From positions 14,151 through 78,150 of the forward strand of contig JBKPRJ010000055.1 of NCBI GenBank assembly GCA_046734455.1: 64,000 bases of DNA, given 5' to 3'. A model generated the notes under the pieces. The model did no database searches, was not told where the DNA came from, and saw only the letters and a program-made list of their open reading frames with translations. Below are positions 54,821 through 63,482 of this stretch, piece after piece. Source of the stretch: Actinomycetota bacterium (GTDB lineage Bacteria > Actinomycetota > Thermoleophilia > Gaiellales > Gaiellaceae). A program made the position numbers and the translations under genes. Positions within the stretch are counted from its first letter, which is position 1, and each line of letters begins with the position of its first letter.

Positions 54821-54925
54821 AGGATCCCTGAGGAGGTCGTCGCTGTCGTTGCCGCCAGCGCACAACCGGTGCGGCGGTTAGCCGAGATCTTCGCGTCCGG
54901 GCTAGCGCCCAGGGAGAAAACGCGG
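54821..54925. repeat. Conserved intergenic element, copy 1
   Basis: The first 57 nt are 84% identical to 56457-56513. After an equal 22-nt spacer there is a second conserved block, GGCTAGC.C..CAGGGA....ACGCG. It contains the imperfect palindrome CCGCC(AGC)GCAC-N5-GTGCGGCGG. Confidence 0.6.
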
Positions 54926-54991
54926 CTTCTTTCGGAAGAAGGCCGCCGTAGCAATCGCTCGGATGGGCAGTCAATTTCTAGGCTAGCGCCC

Positions 54992-55399
54992 ATGTCCTCC
55001 AGCGTCTCCGCCTGCGATCCTGGGAGCGTGGCTTTGCGCTGCCTCATCGTTGATGACCGACCGGACTTTTGTGAGGCCGCGCGCGAGCTGCTCGAAGGCC
55101 AAGGCGTTGCGGTCGTCGGGGTCGCCGCGTCCAGCGCTGAGGCGGTCCAGAGCGTTCGGGAGTTGCGGCCGGAGGTCGCTCTCGTCGACATCGACCTGGG
55201 CGCCGAAAGCGGATTCGATCTCTCCCACCGTCTCGCCGACGGCGTCGGCGGCAGCGCCCCGCGGGTGATTCTCATCTCGACGCACGACCACCGCGAGTTC
55301 CTGAAACTGATCGAATCCAGCCCGGCCGTTGGCTTCCTCGCCAAAACGGAGCTATCCGCCAAGCGGATCTATCAGCTGCTCGACCTGGCCGACGCCTGA
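54992..55399 (+). CDS. Single-domain response regulator (receiver only)
   Basis: Real start is ATG 54992 (135 aa). CLIVDDRPDF...VALVDIDLG...ILISTH is a receiver fold. Confidence 0.8.
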   Translation: MSSSVSACDPGSVALRCLIVDDRPDFCEAARELLEGQGVAVVGVAASSAEAVQSVRELRPEVALVDIDLGAESGFDLSHRLADGVGGSAPRVILISTHDHREFLKLIESSPAVGFLAKTELSAKRIYQLLDLADA

Positions 55400-55440
55400 C
55401 CAACCGGGTCGGTTCCCGACATTTCGGGAGTCAGCGCCGG

Positions 55441-56136
55441 CTATCCGGCTCGATCGGGCTCGCGAAGCGACGGTCGCAAGAATGTGATTACGGCGAGGAC
55501 GCGACGATGGTCGTCGTCGGTCTCCGGCAGACGGAGCTTGACCATGATGTGGTGCACGTGATTCTCGACCGTTCCATCGGTGATCCACAGCTGGCGAGCG
55601 ATCCCGGCGTTCGAGCGGCCCTCGGCCATCAAGGCGAGCACCTCGCGTTCGCGAGGCGTGAGCGATTCGAGCGGATCATCGGCCGTTCGCGCCGAGACGA
55701 GCTCCTGCACCAGACTCGGGTCGACGACGGAGCCGCCTCGGCACACGCGCTCCACCGTCTCGAGGAACTCGTTGATATCCGTCACGCGACTCTTCAGCAG
55801 GTACCCGCTGCGGCTCCCGCTCGAAAGCAGCGTCATCGCGTGCTCCACCTCGACGTGTGCCGAGAGGATCAGAATCGCCATGTCCGGGAACTCGTCGCGA
55901 ATCACAGCCGCCGCCTCGAGGCCTTCCGTCGAACGGGTCGGAGGCATCCGGATGTCGACGATGGCTAGATCGGGCCGGTGCTCGCGAACGAGGCTCAAGA
56001 GCTCCGATCCGTCGCCCGCCTGACCGACGACCTGGTATCCCGTTCGCTCGAGCAGGCTCACAAGGCCCTCCCTCAGCAGGACATCGTCGTCAGCGACGAT
56101 CACGCGCCTGCTGCTCGGGCCAGCCTCGCTTGCCAC
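55441..56136 (-). CDS. NarL/LuxR-family response regulator
   Basis: The receiver is VIVADDDVLLREG...AIVDIRMPP. The LuxR HTH is LTPREREVLALMAEGRSNAGIARQLWITDGTVENHV. Confidence 0.93.
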   Translation of the reverse strand: MASEAGPSSRRVIVADDDVLLREGLVSLLERTGYQVVGQAGDGSELLSLVREHRPDLAIVDIRMPPTRSTEGLEAAAVIRDEFPDMAILILSAHVEVEHAMTLLSSGSRSGYLLKSRVTDINEFLETVERVCRGGSVVDPSLVQELVSARTADDPLESLTPREREVLALMAEGRSNAGIARQLWITDGTVENHVHHIMVKLRLPETDDDHRRVLAVITFLRPSLREPDRAG

Positions 56137-56214
56137 CCCTGGAGTATGCGGTACGTGAGACCGCGCCGCACGCCACGGTTGGGGGGCGAGCGGTTGGTGC
56201 GCTTCCGTCGGCGC

Positions 56215-56439
56215 TCAGCGCACGATTTCGAGTGCCAACTCGGGCGAGCAGCCGTGCTCGACCAGGCGTGCGATCTCGTGCCAGTCGACGAAGGACGCCA
56301 CCGCGCTCGCAATCACATGCGAGAGCCCGAGCGTAGAGAGCTGCTCTACCCGCCACGCGTAGATGCGCGCATCCTCTTCGGACTCCTCGGCCGCGACCTC
56401 GATCTCTGCTAGCTCTTCCACGATCGGCTCCTTTCGCAT
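56215..56439 (-). CDS. Small acidic hypothetical protein (74 aa, or 68 aa from GTG 56421)
   Basis: (MRKEPI)VEELAEIEVAAEESEEDARIYAWRVEQLSTLGLSHVIASAVASFVDWHEIARLVEHGCSPELALEIVR. AAGGAG lies 6 nt upstream of GTG 56419-56421. Confidence 0.5.
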   Translation of the reverse strand: MRKEPIVEELAEIEVAAEESEEDARIYAWRVEQLSTLGLSHVIASAVASFVDWHEIARLVEHGCSPELALEIVR

Positions 56440-56456
56440 TCGTGTTCTCGCGTCCG

Positions 56457-56561
56457 AGGATCGCCGAGGAGGCCGCCGCTGTCGTCGCCGCCAGCACACA
56501 ATCCGTGCAGCGGCCAACCTCAATCTCGTTGCGGTGGCTAGCCCACAGGGAACCCACGCGC
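56457..56561. repeat. Conserved intergenic element, copy 2
   Basis: See copy 1. The orientation is the same. It lies 18-36 nt upstream of the small minus-strand gene. Confidence 0.6.
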
Positions 56562-56809
56562 CCTCCGCGGCTGGGAACGACATCTACCAGCTGCCATCCC
56601 ACCTATATCGCCCGCGAGCGCGGAGTCGCGAGCGGCGGTCGTCTAGCGCGCTTCGACCGGCGCCGCGCGCTCGCAGCCTCGTAGTCGCCCGCGCCCGGGC
56701 CGCCGACAGCGCAGGCCTCTCGGCGAGAGAACTGGCCAGAGGAACTAGCTCGAACGCTGCGCACGCGAGCGATCCCGACGTGCGCGGTGGCGGGTGGCAG
56801 GGTCGGGGC

Positions 56810-57478
56810 GTGACGCGCATCGCAGTCATCTACTACAGCGCGACCGGCAACGTGCACGCGCTCGCCCGGGCGGTCGCCGAAGGTGCCGCCGACGAGGGCG
56901 CAGAGATTCGCCTTCGCCACGTGGCTGAGCTGCCGGAGGAGATGCTGATTTCCTTCCAGCAGTACTGGGGCCGTCATCGCTCCGGATTCGAGGATCAGCC
57001 CGACGCGGCGCTCCAGGACCTCGAATGGGCGGACGGGATCGCCTTCGGCACGCCGACCCGCTTCGGGAACGTCGCCGCGCAGCTGAAGGTGTTCCTCGAT
57101 CTTGCTGGCGAGCTGTGGGAGCGAGGAGCGCTCGTCGACAAGGTCGTGACCTCCTTCACCTCGTCGCAGACCGAGCATGGCGGTCAGGAGTCGACGATTC
57201 TCGCGCTCAACAACACCTTCTACCATTGGGGGGCGATCGTGCTCCCGCTCGGGTACACGGTGCACGAGGTCTTCAACGGCGGCGGCAACCCCTACGGGGC
57301 GTCGTACACGAGCGACCATAGCGTCGACGGACAACCCGGTGAGGATGCGTTGATGGTGGCTCGTGGGCAGGGCGCGCGGCTTGCACGCGTCGCGGGTGTC
57401 GTCGCGACAGCACGGGCGGCTGGCCTTCTGACCGCAGAGGTGCCCACTGAGACCACCTCATCAGACAGCAAGGGATAG
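56810..57478 (+). CDS. WrbA-type NAD(P)H:quinone oxidoreductase (flavodoxin-like)
   Basis: GTG 56810 start (222 aa). IAVIYYSATGNVHALA...GTPTRFGN...SQTEHGGQE is the WrbA pattern. Confidence 0.88.
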   Translation: MTRIAVIYYSATGNVHALARAVAEGAADEGAEIRLRHVAELPEEMLISFQQYWGRHRSGFEDQPDAALQDLEWADGIAFGTPTRFGNVAAQLKVFLDLAGELWERGALVDKVVTSFTSSQTEHGGQESTILALNNTFYHWGAIVLPLGYTVHEVFNGGGNPYGASYTSDHSVDGQPGEDALMVARGQGARLARVAGVVATARAAGLLTAEVPTETTSSDSKG

Positions 57479-57489
57479 GAGAAATAGCC

Positions 57490-57579
57490 ATGCCCGACGA
57501 ACAGTCGTTGACGAGACGGCGGGCTCGTATCGACCGGCGACATCGCCGGCGGACAGCCGACAGGGGATGTCCGAGATGA
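57490..57579 (+). CDS. Possible 29-aa arginine-rich small ORF
   Basis: The SD GGAGA is followed 8 nt later by ATG. The product is MPDEQSLTRRRARIDRRHRRRTADRGCPR. Its stop overlaps an ATG of the next ORF (ATGA). Confidence 0.25.
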   Translation: MPDEQSLTRRRARIDRRHRRRTADRGCPR

Positions 57580-57857
57580 GCTCCTCGCTCCTGCATGCCA
57601 CAGCCCCCTACGCGGCGACGGTCGCCGCCGCACTTCTGATGGTTCGCCTCGGGTCAGCCTTTGGATTGATCGAGCCGAAATACCGATCTCACTGGTGCGC
57701 CTCCTGCCACAGGCGCATCAACGGTCGCCGCTGCACCTGTGCGCGCGACCGGTGGTCGACGCAGGCCAGCAGAGCAGCCTTGCCGGGACTCTTCGCCGCA
57801 GCGCGTCGTCGCGGCGCCCGTCTGGATTGGCGAATCGCTGGCTGCCGCTTACGCTGA
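57576..57857 (+). CDS. Possible small membrane-anchored Cys-rich protein
   Basis: MSSSLLHATAPYAATVAAALLMVRLG...HWCASCHRRINGRRCTC. Coding character is moderate in the first half only. Confidence 0.3.
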   Translation: MSSSLLHATAPYAATVAAALLMVRLGSAFGLIEPKYRSHWCASCHRRINGRRCTCARDRWSTQASRAALPGLFAAARRRGARLDWRIAGCRLR

Positions 57858-58237
57858 CGGTGCGGCGGCGGCCACTCTCACGGGCCGCGGCCCTGGGCTC
57901 TGTGCCAGGCTACTCTCGCAGTCGGCGGACCTATTGACAAAGCTCCTCGCCGCCCGCGGATGTGGCTCACCGCAACCGTGCCGCTGATCGTCGATATGCA
58001 CTCGGGTCGACCGCGGTGCAGGACGGCCTTCAGCGCGGCGATGGGCTGGTAACAGCGGGCATCGCCTCGCTGGTGACCAATGCGGTTCCGATACAGCTGG
58101 CATCGATTCCCGCGTGCGCACCCCTTCGCACCTTCCGGTTCCCGCCCGGTCGCAACGTGCCGCTACGTTGGTCTTCGAAGCGAATTCGCCGCCGATCACG
58201 GCGTGCGGCGTCCCTGACGAGAGGAGCACCGGAAGCA

Positions 58238-58558
58238 ATGACTGATGTGGAGGCCAACAGCGCGCCCGAGCAGGCGGAGCGCAAGCCCTCGTCAGAGCCA
58301 GACCCGAACCACCCGCTCCCGCTCCGGGCGATGGCCCACAAGCAACCTAAGCCGGCGGATATTTCCCGGACCGACGACGAGAAGGCGGCAGGAAACGGCA
58401 AGGAGCGTGAGGATGCGGTCGGGCAGCTGGCCGAGGCGCTCCAAACCGCCAAGCGCTCGCACCGCGCCTACCTGGCCGAGCTACGGCAGAGTAGTGACGT
58501 CCAGCCGGCCGAGGACTGGTCGACTTGGTATGCCGAATACCTGCTCGGACTGCGCTGA
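58238..58558 (+). CDS. Hypothetical protein (106 aa)
   Basis: SD GAGGAG lies 11 nt upstream of ATG 58238. A low-complexity N-terminus is followed by a helical C-terminus (...AYLAELRQ...WSTWYAEYLLGLR). Confidence 0.5.
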   Translation: MTDVEANSAPEQAERKPSSEPDPNHPLPLRAMAHKQPKPADISRTDDEKAAGNGKEREDAVGQLAEALQTAKRSHRAYLAELRQSSDVQPAEDWSTWYAEYLLGLR

Positions 58559-58574
58559 TGGGCAGGGCAGAATA

Positions 58575-58919
58575 GTGGACGTCGAACGCGCCCGGACGCT
58601 GCTTGCCGCCGAACGACGGGAGATCGAGCAAACTCTCAACCATCGCGGGCACCAGGACGACGGCGACGACGCGGGCTGGCTGGAGCTGGGGAACCTGGCC
58701 GCGAACCTCTACCTCGACGAGCTTGACGAGGGCCTGGCCGAAGACCTTCGCGACCGGCTTGCCGCCCTTGAGCGTGCGGAGCAGCGTCTGACCGCGGGTA
58801 ACTACGGCCTTTCGATCGAGAGTGGCCGGCCGATCCCGGACGAGCGTCTCGAGGCTTTCCCCACCGCCGAGCGGACGGTGGAGGAGGAGCGCGTCGTGGC
58901 CAGGCGCCGCGGCGGATGA
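58575..58919 (+). CDS. DksA/TraR-like protein lacking the four zinc-finger cysteines
   Basis: GTG 58575 (114 aa). A coiled-coil region is followed by LTAGNYGLSIESGRPIPDERLEAFPTAERTVEEE. This aligns with the G.YG.C..CG..I...RL.A.P....C..C block, with every Cys replaced. Confidence 0.6.
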   Translation: MDVERARTLLAAERREIEQTLNHRGHQDDGDDAGWLELGNLAANLYLDELDEGLAEDLRDRLAALERAEQRLTAGNYGLSIESGRPIPDERLEAFPTAERTVEEERVVARRRGG

Positions 58920-59118
58920 CCGCAAACCGGTTTCGGTCCTCGTGGCCGACGAACGCGGGCGCACAATGCGCGTCAGGGTGAACTTGGCCGACGGTTGAAG
59001 CTGTACAGCAATCGCCTCAGCCAGACAGGCTCCGACTGTGATTCGGCCGATGAAATGGATGCCGAGGCGGATCTGTCGTTTTAACGCCTCTAGACGAAGC
59101 GCGCCATCGGCGCCGCGC

Positions 59119-60141
<1,023 letters not shown>

Positions 60142-60187
60142 TCGTCCTCACTCCTTGGTAAGTCGTATTAGGGGCGATGGGGAATGA

Positions 60188-60225
60188 GCACGCACCTGCG
60201 TGCCTCCCGCCCCTACATATATGTA
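60188..60225. promoter_or_regulatory. Two palindromes upstream of the sigma-factor gene
   Basis: GCACGCA-CC-TGCGTGC spans 60188-60203. An AT-rich perfect palindrome, TACATATATGTA, spans 60214-60225. They lie 47-84 nt upstream of the proposed start. Confidence 0.35.
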
Positions 60226-61005
60226 AACGCCTAGAGGGCACTGCCTGTTCCGCGACCGGCGTTCCGTCGAGGCTGCACGATCCTCACCAACTCGACGCCC
60301 GATCGAAACCACGCCGAGGCACGGAAGTCGACCGAATCGTGGGTCATGATCTTTGCCGCCGGGGTATCGCGCATGCGGGCCTTGGTCGAATGAACTGGCG
60401 ATCCAAGCTGGCGTGTTGGCGGCTTCGAGGCGACCTCGCTGTGCGATCCTCCGTCGAGAACAGGTGAACACCGCGCCGCGGCCGTGGCGGTTACCCGGGA
60501 CCCCGACGTGCCGAATGGCCGGCAGGTTCCCAGGGTGACCGAGATGTTGTCGCCGCGGATCAGTAGGCACACATGCCCGGGCGGCCATAGACATATTCCT
60601 GCGACGAGCGAGCGTTCGACCGCCGTCCATTCCTTGGTAGCTGGCTGCTTGTACTCGCCGCCGCTGCACTGGACTGGATCCCCGTCGCCGGGGCTGCGGC
60701 TGCGACGAACTCGAGGGGTCCTCGAGCTCTCGCGGATCGCGACCGGAGTCAAGAAGCTTCCTCGCCGGCCGGCGCCCTCAATACCTCAAGGCACTCGACC
60801 CGGCCGCCTGCGTACTTCGCGGTGCCTACCGGTCGCGAAGCCAACAGGTATCTGTAACCAGAACAGAGGAATGCATTGCCACTCGCCAACAGCGGGAGGA
60901 GCGGAACGAAGAGAGGCTCCACTTGCCTCTCGAACTGTCCCGCGCCGGCGCGCGCATTACGGATGCCTTCCATAGGTCCAAGCCAGCTCGAAAGGAGGAA
61001 ACCTG

Positions 61006-61329
61006 ATGATCAATCCACCGGAAGCGACCGTAATCATCCGCCATCGGGTTGGGGACTACCGGCGTTGGAAGCGCGTCTTCGACGCCAATCTGGCTACACG
61101 GCTGCGCCACGGAGGCGTCGGTCACCGGGTTCTGCGATCGCAAGATGATCCAAACGAGCTCACCGTGGTGCTCGACTTCGCCTCGCGAGGCGGGGCACTG
61201 GGGTTCCTAGACGACCCAGCTCTAATCTACGCAATCGGCGACGCAGGCGTGATCGGCGGCGCGCACCACAAGCAGTGGTCGGAGCAGCTGTTGGCCGAGG
61301 TCGACGCCACCACCCGCTACTCGCTTTGA
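61006..61329 (+). CDS. Hypothetical small alpha+beta protein (ABM/dimeric alpha-beta-barrel-like)
   Basis: A strong SD (AAAGGAGGAA) lies 5 nt upstream of the ATG. The 107-aa product begins TVIIRHRVGDYRRWKRVFD... Confidence 0.7.
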   Translation: MINPPEATVIIRHRVGDYRRWKRVFDANLATRLRHGGVGHRVLRSQDDPNELTVVLDFASRGGALGFLDDPALIYAIGDAGVIGGAHHKQWSEQLLAEVDATTRYSL

Positions 61330-61381
61330 CGGCGGCCGGAGCATCGGTACCAGGTCTGCCTCAAACGAGAAAGAAGCGCAC

Positions 61382-61801
61382 ATGGCTTTTCAAGAGATCA
61401 TCAAACTCCACCCACAGCCGACCAGCCTGGATCGCGGCGCGCTCCTCCGTTGTATCGAAGAGTGTCTCGATTGCGCCGCCAGCTGCACCGCCTGCGCGGA
61501 CGCCAGTCTGAGCGAGAGGGATGTGCAGGAGCTGCTCCGCGTCATTCGACTCTGCCTCGACTGCGCCGATGCCTGCGACGCAACCGGTCGTATCGTGACG
61601 CGGCAGAGCGCGCCGGATCTCCGCCTTCTCGCCGCGATGCTCGAAGCCTGTTCGGCAGCCTGCCTCGCCTCGGCCGAGGAGTGCGAATTGCATGCCGCTC
61701 ACCACGAGCATTGCCGCCTCTGCGCCGAGGTCTGTCGCCGCTGCAAGAAGACCTGCGACGACCTTCTCGCGACAATCGTCGTGGACACCAACAGTGATTG
61801 A
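61382..61801 (+). CDS. Cys-rich four-helix-bundle (DUF326-type) putative copper-binding protein
   Basis: 139 aa with repeated CxxxC/CxxC helices (CIEECLDCAASCTACADA, CLDCADACDA, CSAACLASAEEC, CRLCAEVCRRCKKTC). Confidence 0.85.
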   Translation: MAFQEIIKLHPQPTSLDRGALLRCIEECLDCAASCTACADASLSERDVQELLRVIRLCLDCADACDATGRIVTRQSAPDLRLLAAMLEACSAACLASAEECELHAAHHEHCRLCAEVCRRCKKTCDDLLATIVVDTNSD

Positions 61802-62144
61802 GCGCAGGATCACGCTCACGTTCGCGAGTGGCGCACGTGTGGACCTACTCGACGAAGATGCTGCCTGGCTACGCGAGGAACTCGTCAGAGGCGAGTACAC
61901 GTCTCCGAAGCGCGACGCCGGCATCGTCGTCGACCGAGCGCTCGGGGCTATCGACGAAGATACAGAACCCTCGGCAGCCGACATGACTCCCGCAAACGTC
62001 GTTGAACTCGCCTGGGCGCTCCGCGGCATGCTGGACCATGATTCAGATCGCTTTACAGGCTCGCCTCTCCTCATGCATCTTCGCGACCTTCTATTCATCG
62101 AGCCCGAACGAGGAACACAAGAGGAACTGGTAAATCGGAAGTAG
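61794..62144 (+). CDS. Hypothetical protein (116 aa)
   Basis: GTG 61794 overlaps the preceding stop by 8 nt. The stop TAG overlaps the ndh GTG by 1 nt. Confidence 0.55.
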   Translation: MIERRITLTFASGARVDLLDEDAAWLREELVRGEYTSPKRDAGIVVDRALGAIDEDTEPSAADMTPANVVELAWALRGMLDHDSDRFTGSPLLMHLRDLLFIEPERGTQEELVNRK

Positions 62145-63481
62145 TGGGCGCTGTGCGCACCTCTGGCTCCCCAGAACACCAGATCATCGTCGTCGGCGGC
62201 GGTTTCGGTGGCCTCCAGGCGGTCTCGAAGCTGCGGCGTGCGCCGGTCGAGATCACGCTCGTCGACCGCCGCAACTTCCATCTCTTCCAGCCGCTCACCT
62301 ACCAGGTTGCGACGGGAGCGCTTTCGCCCGGCGAGATCGCCTATCCGCTCCGCACGATCTTCAAGCGCGACCGCAACGTCCGCGTCCTGCTGGCGGAGGT
62401 CGCCGACTTCGACCTCGATGTGCGCGAGCTGCACCTACGCTCCGTCTCGGCGGTGCCTGCGCCGGAACGACTCGTCTACGACACACTGATCGTCGCCGGC
62501 GGCTCGCACTACTCGTACTTCGGCCACGAGGAGTGGCGGATGCACGCCGCCGAGGTCAAGTCCCTCGAGAGTGCACTCGCGGTTCGCAGCCGCCTCCTCG
62601 CCGCCTTCGAAGCCGCCGAGACCGAGCCGAACGCAGAGCAACGGGACGCGTGGCTCACATTCGTCGTCGTCGGCGCGGGCCCCACCGGCGTCGAGATGGC
62701 CGGCCAAATCGCCGAGCTCGCGCGGGACACGCTGCGGCGCGACTTCCGGACCATCGATCCCCGCCGCGCCCGCATCCTGCTCGTCGAGGCGGCCGATCGT
62801 GTGCTGACGAGCTTCCCAGCCTCGCTGTCGGCGAAGGCAGAGCGATCGCTGCAGCGCCTCGGCGTAACCGTCCTCGCAGGGCGCACGGTGATCGGGATCG
62901 ACGCCGCCGGCGTGACGCTCGAAGGCCGAGACGGTGGCGCGGAGCGCATCGCCAGCCGCGCGGTGGTCTGGGCCGCCGGCGTCACCGCATCCAGCCTCGC
63001 CGGCAGGCTCGGCGAGCTAACCGGAGCCGAGCGTGACCGCGTCGGCCGCGTCACGGTCGAATCCGATCTGACCCTGCCCGGGCACCCGGAGGTGTTCGCG
63101 ATCGGCGACATGGTGCGCGTCCGCGACCCGGGCGGCGAGCCCGTCGTGCTGCCCGGCTTCGCACCCGTCGCGATGCAGCAAGGGCGGTACGCAGCCGGCG
63201 TCGTCCGCGCGCGGCTTCGAGGCCGCGAGCACAGAGCGTTCCGCTACCGCGACAAGGGCAACCTGGCCACGATCGGCCGCGCAGCGGCAGTCGCCGACAT
63301 CAAAGGCGTCCGGCTGAGCGGCTTTCCGGCGTGGGCGACCTGGCTGGTCGTCCACCTCTGGTACCTGATCGGCTTCCAGAATCGGGTGCTCGTCCTCATC
63401 CGCTGGTCGTTCAGCTTCGCGACCCACGGTCGTGGCGCCCGACTCATCACAGGCCCTTCGACAAACGGCGAGCAGCGCTGA
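62144..63481 (+). CDS. ndh: Type II NADH dehydrogenase (NDH-2)
   Basis: 445 aa. IIVVGGGFGGL and VVVGAGPTGVEMAG are the two dinucleotide folds. A C-terminal membrane-association helix is present. Confidence 0.92.
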   Translation: MGAVRTSGSPEHQIIVVGGGFGGLQAVSKLRRAPVEITLVDRRNFHLFQPLTYQVATGALSPGEIAYPLRTIFKRDRNVRVLLAEVADFDLDVRELHLRSVSAVPAPERLVYDTLIVAGGSHYSYFGHEEWRMHAAEVKSLESALAVRSRLLAAFEAAETEPNAEQRDAWLTFVVVGAGPTGVEMAGQIAELARDTLRRDFRTIDPRRARILLVEAADRVLTSFPASLSAKAERSLQRLGVTVLAGRTVIGIDAAGVTLEGRDGGAERIASRAVVWAAGVTASSLAGRLGELTGAERDRVGRVTVESDLTLPGHPEVFAIGDMVRVRDPGGEPVVLPGFAPVAMQQGRYAAGVVRARLRGREHRAFRYRDKGNLATIGRAAAVADIKGVRLSGFPAWATWLVVHLWYLIGFQNRVLVLIRWSFSFATHGRGARLITGPSTNGEQR

Positions 63482-63482
63482 T

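Noticed and set aside
57849-58238. 129-aa minus-strand ORF and other ORFs covering 57860-58237
   Set aside because: Third-position composition is mixed, there are no motifs and no SD. The region is treated as non-coding or as the 5' UTR of the 58238 gene.
60171-60420. GGGGCGATGGGGAATGAGC..., considered as a possible tmRNA or RNase P RNA 5' end in the gene-poor region
   Set aside because: There is no tRNA-like 3' end (GGTTCGA.TCC...CCA) and no tag-peptide frame. The RNase P conserved blocks (GAGGAAAGTCC, ACAGAA.CCGGCTTA) are also absent.
60231-60752. 173-aa track ORF with a PPGHVCLLIRGDNISVTLG segment, considered as a cupin or L,D-transpeptidase remnant
   Set aside because: The resemblance is a few residues only. 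Codon character is mixed, and neighbouring frames do not extend it into a recognisable domain. It is left as part of the unexplained region.
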